Source: Octopus vulgaris (lineage: Eukaryota). Taken from it: 64,000 nt of DNA. Position 1 is the first letter of the stretch, and each line of letters starts with the position of its first letter. The notes below the pieces were generated by a model, which saw only the letters and a program-made list of their open reading frames with translations, was not told the DNA's origin and did not search any database. The position numbers were made by a program, and so were the translations under genes. The stretch covers positions 158,534,001 through 158,598,000 of the forward strand of contig OX597816.1 of assembly GCA_951406725.2 (NCBI GenBank). Direction: 5' to 3'. Below, one piece after another: positions 25,034-38,387 of the stretch.

Positions 25034-25640
25034 TGCGACTGTGATCATGTGACTGACCAGGCTATCAGATGTTGTGCATTTGCCTTGTTTTAGACTTCAA
25101 ATGATGCCACCCTGCTGGGTAGGTGAGCATGCCAACATGCCACCTCCTTGATTGAAAGGGAGTATTGGAACAACATGAAATGAAGTGCTTTGCTCAAGAA
25201 CACGTGTTGCCCACTCAGGGAATTGAACCTATGATCTAGCTATCGTGAGAACAACAGCTTAACCACTAGGCCATGAGCCTTCATGCACATATTTATATAT
25301 ATATATATATACACACGTGTGTATGCATGTAAGAGAAGAAACCTGTTGCATATGTATGTATTCACACACACACATACACGTGTGTATGTGCATGTGTAAG
25401 AGAAGAAACCTGTTGCATATGTATGTATACACACTCACACGTCTGTGTGTGTGTGCACATGAATGCATGTAGGTCTGTATATAGGATGGTACAGTTTCCA
25501 TTTGCCAAATTCCATTTACAAGGTATTTGTCAATATTCAAAATTACAGTATAAGCCACTTGTCCAAGGTGTGACACTATGGGATTGAACATGAAACCATA
25601 CTGTTGCAAAGCAAATTGTTTATTGTCACAGCCATGTCCA

Positions 25641-26289
25641 CACTAGTGTAGCTAGAGTGTGTGCTGCCCAGGGCAGCCCTTCTGTTTGCTGCTGCTTCTT
25701 CTTTCTTTATGCCTTTAACCCTCCAATGCGGACTATAGGCCACTTATAGTTGAATTCCATGTCACATAATTTTTGGCTTCTGTACTTATACTCTGGCATG
25801 AATGTCCCCCTTTCTCTAGTTCCTTTTGTGTTGATCTAAGCCACGAGTTCTTAGGCCTACCTCTCTTTCTATATCCATCCGGTTTCCACTAGAAAGCACT
25901 TTTCGCTACATTTGGTGTGTCTTTTCTAATAGCACTACCAATCCATTTCCACTTTTTCTTAAATATTTGCTCCCTAATCGAAACTTGATTTGTTCTTTGC
26001 CATAGCTCCATATTGCTTATGTGTTTGGGCCATCTAATTTTAAGTACACTACGCAAGCATCAGTTGATGAATGATTGTATTTGCTTGTTTGACTTAACTG
26101 TTGTTTGCCATGTCTCAGCCCCATACAATAATACTGCTTTTACGTTAGTGTTAAAAATTCTTATTTTGTTCTTTTTTGCTGCCCCTGGACCCTGCAAAAA
26201 ACACATATTGCCTACAACAGACTCAAAAGTGCTACCAACTTAAAAGTGCCACCCTGGGGCGGACCACTCCCACCCAAGCTACGCTAGTG
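25641..26289. mobile_element. MITE (TIR CACTAGYGTAGCT) split by the RTE insertion
   Basis: cactagtgtagct ... agctacgctagtg; uninterrupted relative at 61726-61868. Confidence 0.75.
25693..26174 (-). mobile_element. 5'-truncated RTE-clade LINE with 8-bp TSD
   Basis: KIRIFNTNVKAVLLYGAETW...CLRSVLKIRWPKHISNMELWQRT...WKWIG...RKRGRPKNSW with internal stops; (AAG)n tail; TSD tttgctgc at 25685-25692 and 26175-26182. Confidence 0.93.
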
Positions 26290-26959
26290 TGTGTTCACAT
26301 TTATTTCTTGACAAGATGAGTCAAATAAACATTTCTCTGTTATGACTTGAATCTAACATGTTTTACCTGTCAGTTGTAACACTTTTTTTTAATCCAAACA
26401 TTCGAGAACATTTTGGTTTACTTTGTCTCAGACAGAAACTAGTCGTTAGCATTTAGTAAAAGAAAAATAAACCCAGTACAGTTCAGTTCATCTATTTGTG
26501 GATGTTTGGCTGTAACAAAATAGCACCATGATCGTATTAACCTGTTTGTTACTATATTTCTGTTGGAATACACAGCCTTTGTGACAATTCATTTTGAAAA
26601 TAATGAAGATTCTAGTAAAATACTATTATTATTAAACTGGTGTTTAGAATATAATTTAATATGAAATTTTTATAGGAGGTTTTGATTTAGATCAATTTAA
26701 AACAAACACATTACATCATAGAACCAGGGACAGTCTTGGGAAGGTTGTAAAACTTTCTAAGTCAAACAAGAATCCATGGCAACTCTATCACACAAAATAT
26801 GAAGTATTAAAACTTCAAAAAATGAAATAAATTATAATTGCTATGAAGAAGAGGATAAATCCTGCCAGAAATATTAGACATTTCTCCTAATTCTCCCACT
26901 CTTTTTCTACTGCCCCTTCTATTTTTTATTTCACAGTAAAATGATTTATTCCATTTTAT

Positions 26960-27249
26960 AATAATAATAATGAAATTATTGTATACAGTGCTCAGGTGCA
27001 CCACAGCTTGTCAAAGGTGCATATAAAGCATATGCAGTAATGTACAAATATCTGGAAAGTGAACAGTGTATAAGTCAGATACATGCTTGCGTGTGTATAG
27101 AGAGGAGAAAATCAGGTGTAGTGTTGGTGAATCTTAGGAAGCATGGAAGTTTTGAGGGATGCAGTGCTCCGACAACCAACAACGGATGCCGGCAGTTTGT
27201 TCCATACTTCAGCAACTCTTAGCGTGAAAAAATGTTTCCGAAAGTCATG
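26960..27249 (-). mobile_element. CR1-group LINE 3' end
   Basis: HDFRKHFFTLRVAEVWNKLPASVV motif, 3' UTR and (ATT)n tail. Confidence 0.85.
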
Positions 27250-28876
27250 CAAAACTTTCTGTAAAAGTTTCTAAACTAATAAGGAATAAGCAATTAAGTG
27301 AAACTGGAAGACATGGTGGATCAAAATTATATAAAAACTGAACCAGACTCACTCACTCCAGAGTCAATAAATCATTAACTTTGTCTAATTAATGATTTAA
27401 TTATCAATTAAATCATTAACTGGCAAGAATTTAGAGAAAAGAAGGGGAGAGGGAAAAATAAAGTCATGAACTAGTACAGTATTTAAAGGAATTAAATTCC
27501 TTCTTATTTAGAATGGAAACAAAAAAGGTAGAACATGTATTGATTGTCTGATTCTATAACAGCCAATCAAGGATTAGTGTCAAAATTTATTCTTAGCAGC
27601 AGAAAATACCTAAAACTGTTGCAGTCTTGTACAAACAAGGTAAATTTGAGTTATATTAATCAGTCATTGTAAAGTGCTGGTGTTTCAGACAGCTGAAGAT
27701 AGCTAGAAGTGTGTGAAGACTGAATAATTTTATTTTTAGTATCAGGAGCTAATTGAAACAAGTAGAGATCAACAGAAAACAGTGGTTAAGTGTCATATTA
27801 ATGAGACATATGAAATCTTGGTATTTCAAGCTGCTAACATTGGCATAAAACAAGAAGAAATAGTTTAATGAAAAATTGAATGTCCCATGGCTGCCAGTAG
27901 GTCTAATATGTATGTTGACATAGGTAGGATTCATAGGCTAATAATAGGCATGCAGAATAATTTATAGGCTAATAATAGGCACATATTCATTTGAATAGGA
28001 AAATAAGTGACAGGCAAATGGTTGGAAATGAATGATGCTACATGTATGAGGGGTTACACCCTTTTACAATAACGGCACAAAATCAAGACAAGAAAACACA
28101 CAGACACACACACACCGAACTTCTTTCAGTTTTCATCTATTGTACCCACAAAGCATTGGTTAACCAGGGGCTATAATAGAAGACACTTGCCCAAGGTGCC
28201 ACATAGTGGGACAGAACCTGGAATTACACAGTTGGGAAGTGAACTTAACTGCATCAGGATTCTATACCAGGTTTAACAATATAAAATTATCTTTTGAAAT
28301 GCAACCATGTGAGATGGCAGTTAATTTCAACAAAGCCTTCCAACATAAAAAAATTTCTTCACCACTGTCATGGGGACTCCCTCATTGACTTGTCTCTCTG
28401 AAGGTGATAAACTATGTACCAGCTATACTCTGAGGTTGAGTCAATAGACTCAATTCTTCCTCAAAAAATGTGATCTAGTAACATCAGTATGGTGGAATAG
28501 TAGATGATGACGATGATGATGGTGCCATTTAAAACGAAGCTGTTCTGGTGCCATGTAAAAAAAAAAAAAGCACCTGTGTTTTTTACATAATAAAAATGAA
28601 TGTCTTCAATGAAGAAATATCGTGAGTTGACAGCGAAGAGTAGTTGTGGTAGAATCAAATGTGGGGAAAAGTTGGAAATTCAGAACCAGAAATGTTGGAT
28701 CCCCACACATGATATGGTGCCAGATGAAACCAACAATAAATATTCTTGCATTACAGACTCATTCAGTCTATGCAAACATGGGAGAAATATGGAGATAACG
28801 AAGAAGAAAACTGAAGAAAAGAAATACTGACAACTTGTCAAGGACTCATGTTCTTAGAAATGTTTTAATCCTTTAA

Positions 28877-29350
28877 CCCTTTCGTTACCAATCCAGCTGA
28901 AACTGGCTTTGGCTCTACAAACAAATATCTTGTTTTTGTAAGTTTTGAATAAAAATCTTCCACCAAACATTAGTCACGATTTATGTTCCTAACACTAGAT
29001 TAAAGATAACTAAGTTATTTTACTAAATTCTTTGTTATATTTAAAATTAATTGAAAGAAACACAGAGTATCTCAACAGAAATATAGTAACAAAAGGGTTA
29101 AAATATATAATAGAGAAACTAATCTTAACCCTTTCGATACCAACTTGGCTGAAACCACTTCTGATTCTGTAGTACAAATGTCTTGTTTTCATAAGTTTTA
29201 AATTAAAATCTTCCACCAGACCTTAGTCACAATTTATGTTCCTAACACTAGCTGAATGATAACTAAGTTATTTTACTAAATTCTTTGTTATATTTAAAAT
29301 TAATTGAAAGAAACACAGAACATCCCAAAATAAATACAGTAATGAAAGGG
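28877..29350. mobile_element. Two adjacent family E piggyBac-type MITEs (28877-29097 and 29129-29350), followed by a 5'-clipped family F MITE to about 29570
   Basis: Each is bounded by TTAA|CCCTTT...AAAGGG|TTAA; both are reverse-oriented relative to 17439-17658. Confidence 0.9.
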
Positions 29351-30394
29351 TTAACATTTAAACTTGCTATATCTGGCCCAAAATATTCTACATGTTTTAT
29401 GATCAAACTGGCTAGATCTAGCTCTTCATGCTTAACCTACAATGCCATTATAGAAATAAACAATTACATCATCGAAATATCTTAGCTATGAGATTATGCA
29501 TGATAATTCAAAACAATATGAAGAAATAACTACTACATTTGACTAAAAGACTAATCTGGATGCTAAACGATTGATGATAGTCTCTTCACTCACCAATTTC
29601 CCTAAGTGACATAAACTATTTTCCCATCTCTAAAACCCAGCCTTTACTCTGCCATCACAAGATTTTTTCCACAAGATTATCTGAATACTAATTAATCTGC
29701 TCTATAGCATCATGCAGCATAACAATCTCTTTTCTTTGCATTCTCTGGCACTTCATCAACTGGCCAGAGCTCTGCCAAGTCTATAATGACTGACCTTATT
29801 AGTAAATGTGCATCTCATTTGATTTTATCTGAGACAGCTAATCGATGAGCAGCCACCATGAGGTTGCTCAAACAGCTAAAAATAATAGCTGATTCTCTCT
29901 GTTATCTTAAAAAAAGAAGGACACAGTGAGTAATGCAGTCCTAGAAACTTTAATTTAATCACTTTAAAGCATGAAGTCTATATTAAAATCAGGGGCAATC
30001 TCAGGTAAATATAAAAAAATATAACCCTTGGTCTACTCAGTCAGGGTTGATTTGGGACCAAACAACAACAACAATAATCAATAGCATTCTGATATGTATG
30101 TCTTTCTATATTTTTTACACAACCGAATCTTCCCATCTACATACATACGAAGTAACCATCCAGAAAGTAAAGAATGTCTCTAGGAGAAGGCTAACTCGTA
30201 TATAAAAGTTACTGTTTTACTGAGCCAGGTATGTTGCACTCTGGGTTTCAGGGTATTGTTAGTGAGAGTCATTGTTGAGTTGTGCAAACTGCACTTGACT
30301 TAAAACTCTTGCATGGATAGTGCTGACACCTGTTAGTGATGGTCATGCTCATCAAACGAATAGATAGCCATTATATATATATATATATATATTA

Positions 30395-30743
30395 CAAATC
30401 AAATGGAAATTGTAGTTGTGATACCTGTGCTGGTGGCATGTAAAAAAACACCATCTGAACGTGGTCAATGCCAGTGCCGCCTTGACTGGTTTCTGTGCCG
30501 GTGGCATGTAAAAAGCACCAACCGATCATGGCTGTTGCCAGCCTCCCCTGGCACCTGTGCCGGTGGCACATAAAAAGCACCCACTACACTCATGGAGTGG
30601 TTGGCGTTAGGAAGGGCATCTAGCTGTAGAAACACTGCCAGATCAGATGAGCCTGGTGTAGCCCCCTGGCTTCCCAAACCCCAGTTGAACCATCCAACCC
30701 ATGCTAGCATGGAAAACAGACGTTAAACGATGATGATGATGAT
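30395..30743 (+). mobile_element. Retroposon family C
   Basis: CAAATGGAAATT start, three GTGCYGGTGGCAYRTAAAAA units, GGAAGGGCATCYAGCTGTAGAAAC core, and GACGTTAAAC(GAT)n tail. Confidence 0.9.
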
Positions 30744-31053
30744 ATACACACATACACCCCCCACATACATACATGATGGGCTCCTTTCAGTTTCTGTCAA
30801 TCAAATCTAATCACAAGGCCTTGGTCAACCTGCAGCTATAAAAGAAGACACTCATGCAGAGGGACTGAATTTAAAATTGAGAAGCAAACTTCTGAATCCT
30901 ACAACTGTCCCTGCACCTACAAGTAACTTTCAAGGTTGAGAAAATATAATTAGAAATACCTTAAATTTAAATAGTGATAACAAATAATAAACCCATGTAA
31001 AAGAAATTGATATAAAGAATGATAGTATTGTGATTCCTTATATGGACACTTAC

Positions 31054-31194
31054 AGAAGCATTTCTCACAATGTCTCTCCAGCTATTCTCAATAAGAGATG
31101 GCGGCAAGCCAACGACGTCCTCAGAGTTCACAGATGGCAGCCTCTGGACATAATGTTTCAGTATATCATACATCTGCTCGAGTTTATCTTTGTC
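31054..31194 (-). CDS. RhoGEF (PLEKHG5/6/7-like) exon A, pre-DH segment: DKDKLEQMYDILKHYVQRLPSVNSEDVVGLPPSLIENSWRDIVRNAS
   Basis: ttacag|GAC acceptor, TCT|gtaagt donor, 141 bp, phase 0/0. DKLEQ...LP and ENSWRDIV resemble the DKMEQ...GLP / EDSWRELI segment preceding the DH domain of PLEKHG5 (recalled sequence). Confidence 0.88.
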
Positions 31195-34100
31195 CTGTAA
31201 AATATACATAATAAAAATGGTTAATAAACACTAATAAGAGCAAAGTAATTCAAATATAAAGAAAGCAACAAGGGAAAAAAATATTAACAAAAATGACAAA
31301 ATATGTGAACTTTAAATGTCTGTAAAGATATATTTGCCAGATCATCTTTCTCTTTCTCGCATTATGTAAAATGAACTCGTTAACTATCGTGAAAATATAA
31401 TATCTTAATCTTGAAATGATTTTATAAATAACAGATGTCGTCAAGTGTAGGAAAAACAGCTTGGAAAGACTGAATTGTGGAAAGATAATCAAGAAGTAAT
31501 TATTCAAAGAGAAAGACAACTGAAATATAATCACCAGCACAGAGAAATTTTACCAGTAACAGTAAAGGAGAGATTGGCGCAGTGTAAAAGAATGTTCAAA
31601 TATATGCATGCTTCTCTAAGTTTATAAAAGCAATATAAACAAACCATCAAAACAAAAGAAAGGATTATTCTTAATAATTAAGATTATGATTATTTTTGGT
31701 ATGATATTATCACTGAAGGAATGAAGATTGGCTAAGGTATCTCACTTAAAATATGTTTTGGCTTGATAACAGAACCAGAGAAGGTAAAATATATTCAGAT
31801 CAAGTGCAATTTGGCAAGATATACAATCTGGGTAGTTTTGATACGATATAAATGCAAAGACATATTATAATGGGAGTTATTTACATTTAGATAGAAGAGA
31901 AGAGAGATAAGATATAATGATACTTGGCCTTAAAGAAAAAAAAATCAGTAAAGTCTTTGAATATGTCTGGTAGGAGAGTCTACTGGCAAAGTTGGCCCAC
32001 CTACTAGCTTCATCCATCACTAACCAACTGGATTGAAAGATTTCAGACAGTTTATTTAATTGCATGTGTGAAGAGTGTTTTCTCTCATCTTTTATATTAT
32101 TGACTTAAGAGTGCTTCAAAACTCAATGAGAAAACTTTTTTAGTGATATTGCCAGGAAAAAGAAAAAAAGAAAAAAAATATTCAAAAAATGCACGCAGCA
32201 CACACTGAAAAGTGGTTGGAAAATGAGCAAAGAAAGCACAGAACTATCAGGGTCCTTTTATTTCTGTCTCAATCTGGCGACTATTAGACTTCTCTAATAT
32301 TGGTGTCATGAGGAAATGGATTCAGTACACTCTGTGAGGTGGTTGGCAAAAGGGAGAGCATGCAGCTGTAAAAACCAAGCCAAATAACATGTACTAGCAC
32401 CAGTTTATGGGAAACAGGAGCTCCCCAATAAGAAATGATTCAGCCCATGACAATTCATCCGACCAATGCCAGCATGGAAAGAAAGAAAGAGAAGTGCTCT
32501 GGACATAGTCAATGCCAGATCTGCCTGACTGACTGGCTCCTGTACTGGTGGCACATAAAAAGGACCATCCAAATGTGGCTGATGCCAGGTCTGCCTAACT
32601 GGTTCCTGTGCTGGTAGAGCGTAAAAAGCACCCACTACACTCTTGGAGTGGTTGGCATTAGGAAAAGCATCCAGCTGTAGAAACTTTGCCAGATCAGACT
32701 GGAGCCTGGTGCAGCCTCTGGCTCTAAAGACCTCAGTCAAACCGTCCAACCCATGCCAGCAAGGAAAACGGATGTTAATTGATGATGATAATGAATACAA
32801 GATATGTGAATGAAAGTTTGATAGGCAGGAACTGTAAAGATGTTTGTTGAAACCATTCCTGTTAATGGGTGGAAGTACTAAGTCAGTCACCAGACAGGAT
32901 GAAAAGTAAGCCAGACAAAATGCTACAAAGCATTTTGTCCAGAGTGCTAATGATTTTGCCAGCTTGCCGCCTTACCAAACAAAAGTAATAACGAAAAAAT
33001 AGAAAGAAAGAAAAAAAATCTAGCACTTTAACAAAAGTGTCATGGCCAATATAATCCAGCCACCTTACTAAGAGATTAATGACATCTATCCTGTCAGCTG
33101 CACCCTGGTTCTGTGTCCATGACCAAGTTACTAAACAACATTCACTGATCCAGCCTACTTAGTTGTAAATAGGTACTAGTAGATGCAGTTCATTATTGAA
33201 CCTTGTTCTATATCTATAGTTGTCTATATTTGCCTCTGTCAGATATTCTCCTTATTGTTAATAAATAACATTCCAAACTATTAAAGAAACAAACACAGCT
33301 GTGATTTAACAATCATATATTTAGTCCAGCAAGGGAAACAGAATCCATGAATAAACCACAGTAATTTATGTCAGCTAAAAAGTGTTGATCTAGTAGACTA
33401 GTTTTGTCACTCATTAAAGACTCATCAAGGATTGTTAAGCATATATCTCCCTTTATATGCTGTCTAGTTTACAAAGAGAACAGATTTTCTTATATGGAAT
33501 GTAAACAAATTCATAACAAACAACAAAATTTATATAATGGTAGAAATTTGACATTTGAGTATTAACAAATATATGAATTTTTTTTTAAACACACCGTTGT
33601 TATGAATAAATGGTTCAGTAAGCAAGATTCACAAGCAGTTAAACACATGATGCATGGTGTAACAAAAATAGGTACCTTTTTTTAAACACAGTTTTTGTTT
33701 ACATATCAAGAGATTACAAACTGACAGATAACCACCAAGTATGTACAACACACCCATAAATAATAATGCTTTTCATATGAACCAATTAAGGAGGCTCTAC
33801 ATTGTTCATTGACTTGCTATAAATAACAGTTAAGTCTCTTTAAAACCACACCCTATTATCTTCAAAAGGAAGCACATAGAGCTCATGAGTGGAGTAGCTT
33901 TGATCATAAATCTGCCATATCAGCACTGACTGACCTGACACTAAAATAAAAACAGCAAAAATACCTTGGCACTCCATAGGTTATGATGACAAGGGTTCCA
34001 GTAGATCTGGTCAACTGAGCAACTGGCTGGCTGTGTACTCCACAGACATGTGTACCTTAACAGAGTTCTCAGAGAGATTCAGTGTGACACAGAATGTGAC

Positions 34101-34965
34101 AAGGATGGCTCTTTGAATTACAGGTACAACCTATTTTTGCCAGCTGAGTGGACCGGAGCAAAGTGAAATAAAGTATCTTGCTCAAGGACGTAATGCATCA
34201 TTAGACACCAAACTCATGACCATACCAAACCACTATGCTATCTGCCCTCATGACCTGACACTAAACAACAACAATGAACCAACAATACGGTTTTTTTTTG
34301 AGTTGCTGTTTTAAAAAAATATTTAGTCAGTTCTCACTCAAATGGCATTCTACCATATAAAAAGGACACATTAGATAATATATTCTAAGATGTACTATTA
34401 AATAAAAATTAAGTGCTTTTGACCTTAATCAAGGTTTACCTAGGACTATGACGCTCTTGTGAGTGTAGCTCTCACTCTTTCTTCCTCTCCTCTCTCTCCA
34501 TCTGAAGACAGTAAGGTCTTGCCAGTATAATGAGAGGACACTTTTATCAAGGTCTCTGTTGCTTCCATCTGTTCTGCATATTCCCCAACTGATCTACCAC
34601 ACAATACACACCGTTTCTTTATACACCATCTCATCCAAAAGAGCCATAGCTAATTCAATTGACTAACAGATAACCATTGAAATGGTTGATGGTTCAAATC
34701 TTGTCACCAGCAATAATCAGTGTCATGGAACATTTAACTTTAGTTGGTCTGGTGTCAAGCAATGGTGGGAGACAACCCCACCCCACAATAAATAAATATA
34801 TATATATATATATTTTGTGAAATAGAAAGATGAATAATCTTGTTGCAGATTAATCAAAAGTTTAACCGATACCTTGGTAGCAAAAATCACAGCAGAAGAC
34901 AGCACGGTTGGAGGTACAACCATATGGTGTTGCAACCGTGCGTTGGTGCGGATAATTGAATTTTA

Positions 34966-35563
34966 ATATTATTAGTGAATTGAAGAAATGGAGTTGAACG
35001 AAGATTGAACAGAAATCGTTTTATTGCATTCTACAAGTGTTTCGAAAGGCACAATTTACCAAATTCCGATTGAATAAGGAGACCATATTGTGTCTTTCTC
35101 TTCAGGAAGAAATAGAAAATCCGTTGGAAAAAACAAAAACAGAACAGAGGCGGAGCAAAACAAATCGAACGAGGCTCCTAAGAGCCCATGGCCAAACTGT
35201 TTATCAATGTATGTTGAAAACTGGTGGTGGGTGCGTTGAAGGTTTTAACGGGTCAGGCAGCGTTAAAGCCTGACCGCTGCCTGACCCATTAAAACCTTCA
35301 ACGCACCCACCACCAGTTTTCAACATACATTGATAAACAGTTTGGCCATGGGCTCTTAGGAGCCTCGTTCGATTTGTTTTGCTCCGCCTCTGTTCTGTTT
35401 TTGTTTTTTCCAACGGATTTCCTATTTCTTCCTGAAGAGAAAGACACAATATGGTCTCCTTATTCAATCGGAATTTGGTAAATTGTGCCTTTCGAAACAC
35501 GTGTAGAATGCAATAAAACGATTTCTGTTCAATCTTCGTTCAACTCCATTTCTTCAATTCACT

Positions 35564-35571
<8 letters not shown>
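34966..35571. mobile_element. Foldback/palindromic element: 297-bp inverted arms with a 12-bp spacer
   Basis: 34966-35262 is the reverse complement of 35275-35571 with about 3 mismatches. Ends TATTATTAGTGAATTG...CAATTCACTAATAATA, abutting a (TA)n run. The inverted repeat is directly visible; its classification as a non-autonomous DNA transposon is inferred. Confidence 0.85.
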
Positions 35572-35601
<30 letters not shown>

Positions 35602-36052
35602 TCTTTTATTCTTTTACTTGTTTCAGTCATTTAACTTTAACCATGCTGGGGTACCATCTTAAAGGGTTTTTTAGTTGAAGAAATCAACCCCAGGACTTAC
35701 TCTTTGTAAGCCTGGTACTTATTCTATTGGTCTCTTTTACTGAACAACTAGGTTACAGGGATGTAAACACACCAGTATCAGTTGTCAAATGATGGTGGAG
35801 GGGGGACAAACACAGACACAAAGACACACACACACACATAAAAATACATACATACATACACACACACACATAGAATGAGCATCTTTCAGTTTCCGTCAAC
35901 CAGATCCACTTTGGTTGGCCCAAGGCTATAGTAGAAGACACCTGCCCGTCGTATATATGTATATATGTATGTGTGTGTGTATAAGTATTTTTGTCTGAAG
36001 TATCAATGGTTCTGCCAACTTGCCCAAAGTGTCTGTTTGAAGTCAATTCATT

Positions 36053-36446
36053 TACTAGGTAGATAAAAAGGTAAAGCCCCTTCTGGTCAGGAATGACCAT
36101 GGGATGCACCTAGAAAATTTGCCTTTAAAGCACAAGTCCAGGCAAGGTTGTTTATGGATGCACCTAGAAAGTTCCCTCCAAGGCACAAGTTCAGGCAAGA
36201 CCAGCAGTCGTCGATGCATACCAATCTCCCCTCTCCACACCACTGATATTATCCAAGAGAAAGGCAAAAGCTGATACAGCTTGGCACCAGTGATGTTGCA
36301 ACTCATTTCCACAGCTGAGTGAACTGAAACAACATGAAATAAAGTGTCTTGCTCAAGAACACAACACGGATCCAAGTCCAAGAATTGAACTCACTACCTC
36401 ATAATTGTGAGCCTGATGCTCTAACCACTGAGCCATGTGTCTTCAC
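36053..36446 (-). mobile_element. tRNA-derived SINE family D
   Basis: Reverse complement of 47439-47745, with a longer 3' end and a short internal duplication. Confidence 0.85.
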
Positions 36447-36925
36447 ATGATATACTAGGTATAGCTACCAGATCTCCTTCAAATCATACCCAACTGTTTT
36501 TGAAAGGTTAAGACATGAATAATGTAGAAGGAACGATCATTGACAGGAAATTTTGGATCACAAATTGTCTTAATAAGTAATAAAAGCAATGTATAACTAA
36601 ACTCAGTAAGTTTATATCTTGACTTCAAAATATTTTTGTGACTCTTGGGCCAAGACAAAAAAAAAGCATCCAACTACCCTTCCATATCATTATTTCAATA
36701 AAATCTTAATAAGGTTGTTAGCTAAACAATCACATAATGCTGAACAGTAAAGCTATCTTATGATGTACACTGTAATATATAGAAACTTCATAGCTATGTT
36801 GTGTGGCATATATAATACAGTAAGTGTACAATACAATAAGCATAATAAAGTAATAGTATATAACACAATAAATTTATAGTTGTATATTATATATCTATAA
36901 CTCTCTCTCTCTCTCCCTCTCTCTG

Positions 36926-36962
<37 letters not shown>

Positions 36963-37045
36963 CATATATATAATCTAGATGGATTAACTAAATTTCTTAT
37001 TAAAAAATAATAGATTAAACTGATTAGAACTACCAGTGAAGTCAT

Positions 37046-37083
<38 letters not shown>

Positions 37084-37171
37084 TCATCATCATTTAATGT
37101 CCACCTTCCATGCCAGCATGGATGGGATGGTTTGACAGGAGCTGGCCAGGTAGAAACCTGTGACTGTTTTG

Positions 37172-37203
<32 letters not shown>

Positions 37204-38053
37204 CGTGGGTATATGTGGGTGTTTATATTTTATCTTTTATTTGTTTCAGTCCTTAGATTGTGGCCATGCTGGAACACCACATTGAAGAATTTTAGTTGAA
37301 CAAATCAATCCCAGTGCTAATTTTTTTAAAGCTCGATTATTATTCTATTGGTCTCTTTTGCTGAACCACCATGTTACGAGGATTTAAACAAACCAACACC
37401 AGTTGCCAAGCAGTGGTGGGGGACAAATACAGACATAAAGACACACACACAATATGCAACAGGCTTCTTTCAATTTCTGTTGACAAAATCCAGTCACAAG
37501 GCTTTGGTCGGCCCGTGGTCTCTGACTTTTTAGATCCTGTCAAATCATCCAACCCATGCCAGCAAAAGAGAGGAAAATGATAGTAACTTTGAAGTATATT
37601 GTGAGAGAGTGACTTATACTATATTGAGGAAGATATACAATATGTTTAGAGTACATTGTGAGAGATATAATATAGTATGTTTATAAGAATATTATATGAT
37701 AGCATATGCCTGGCCGGTGCTTGTGGTACCGTCCCACCCATACTAGTATGGAACACAGACGTATGACGATGATGATGTAATATATATATTTATTTATAAA
37801 TTTGTAAACAAACCTGAAGGCTGTAAATTACAGAGAAGATTGTTTAGGTTTAGTTGCTTTAAATGGAGTATATATTATTGTAAATGATATATAATAATAA
37901 TGATAATAATACTCTAGAACAACACTATGTACAAAACCAAATATATGGTGCCCTAGGCATAACACCAACATGAACTTCCAACTTGTTGTCTCTTGAGGTC
38001 TCTGGGTGAGACTTGGAGCCAACTTGTACAAATGTAAAGCAAAAGTCAAACAT

Positions 38054-38102
38054 AATACTACTACTACTACTACTACTAATAATAATAACAATGATGATGA
38101 TG

Positions 38103-38137
<35 letters not shown>

Positions 38138-38160
38138 TATTATTATTAGTATTATTATAT
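38054..38160. repeat. Compound trinucleotide microsatellite (TAC)n(AAT)n(GAT)n(AAT)n(TAT)n
   Basis: Directly visible. Other large simple repeats: (AAT)n 457-511, (TA)n 1535-1572, (AG)n 8041-8080, (TA)n 15744-15788, 41379-41433 and 48896-48940, (AG)n 48135-48176. Confidence 0.95.
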
Positions 38161-38387
38161 CTATATGTAGTAGGTAACTTTATAAAAAGAATTGGAAAAG
38201 TTTGAAGTGGAAAAGAATGGAAGAATATAGAAGTGTGTGTGTGTGTGCGTGATGAGAGAGAGAGAGAGGGAGAGAGGAGGGAATGACAGAGAGAAAAAGA
38301 GAACAAATACAGTGATAGCAAGGATACCTTTATATGATGTTACTTAATAAATGAAGAAAACCACAACAAGAATAAAACCCCACAAAC

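Noticed and set aside
33069-34634. 62-aa ORF at 34446-34634 and possible exons at about 34.44-34.59 kb and 33.07-33.13 kb
   Set aside because: Weak acceptors and no similarity to the RhoGEF family; phase compatibility alone is not enough.
35037-35500. Twin ORFs MFRKAQFTKF... on opposite strands
   Set aside because: They are mirror images produced by the palindrome; GTG starts and no recognisable domain.
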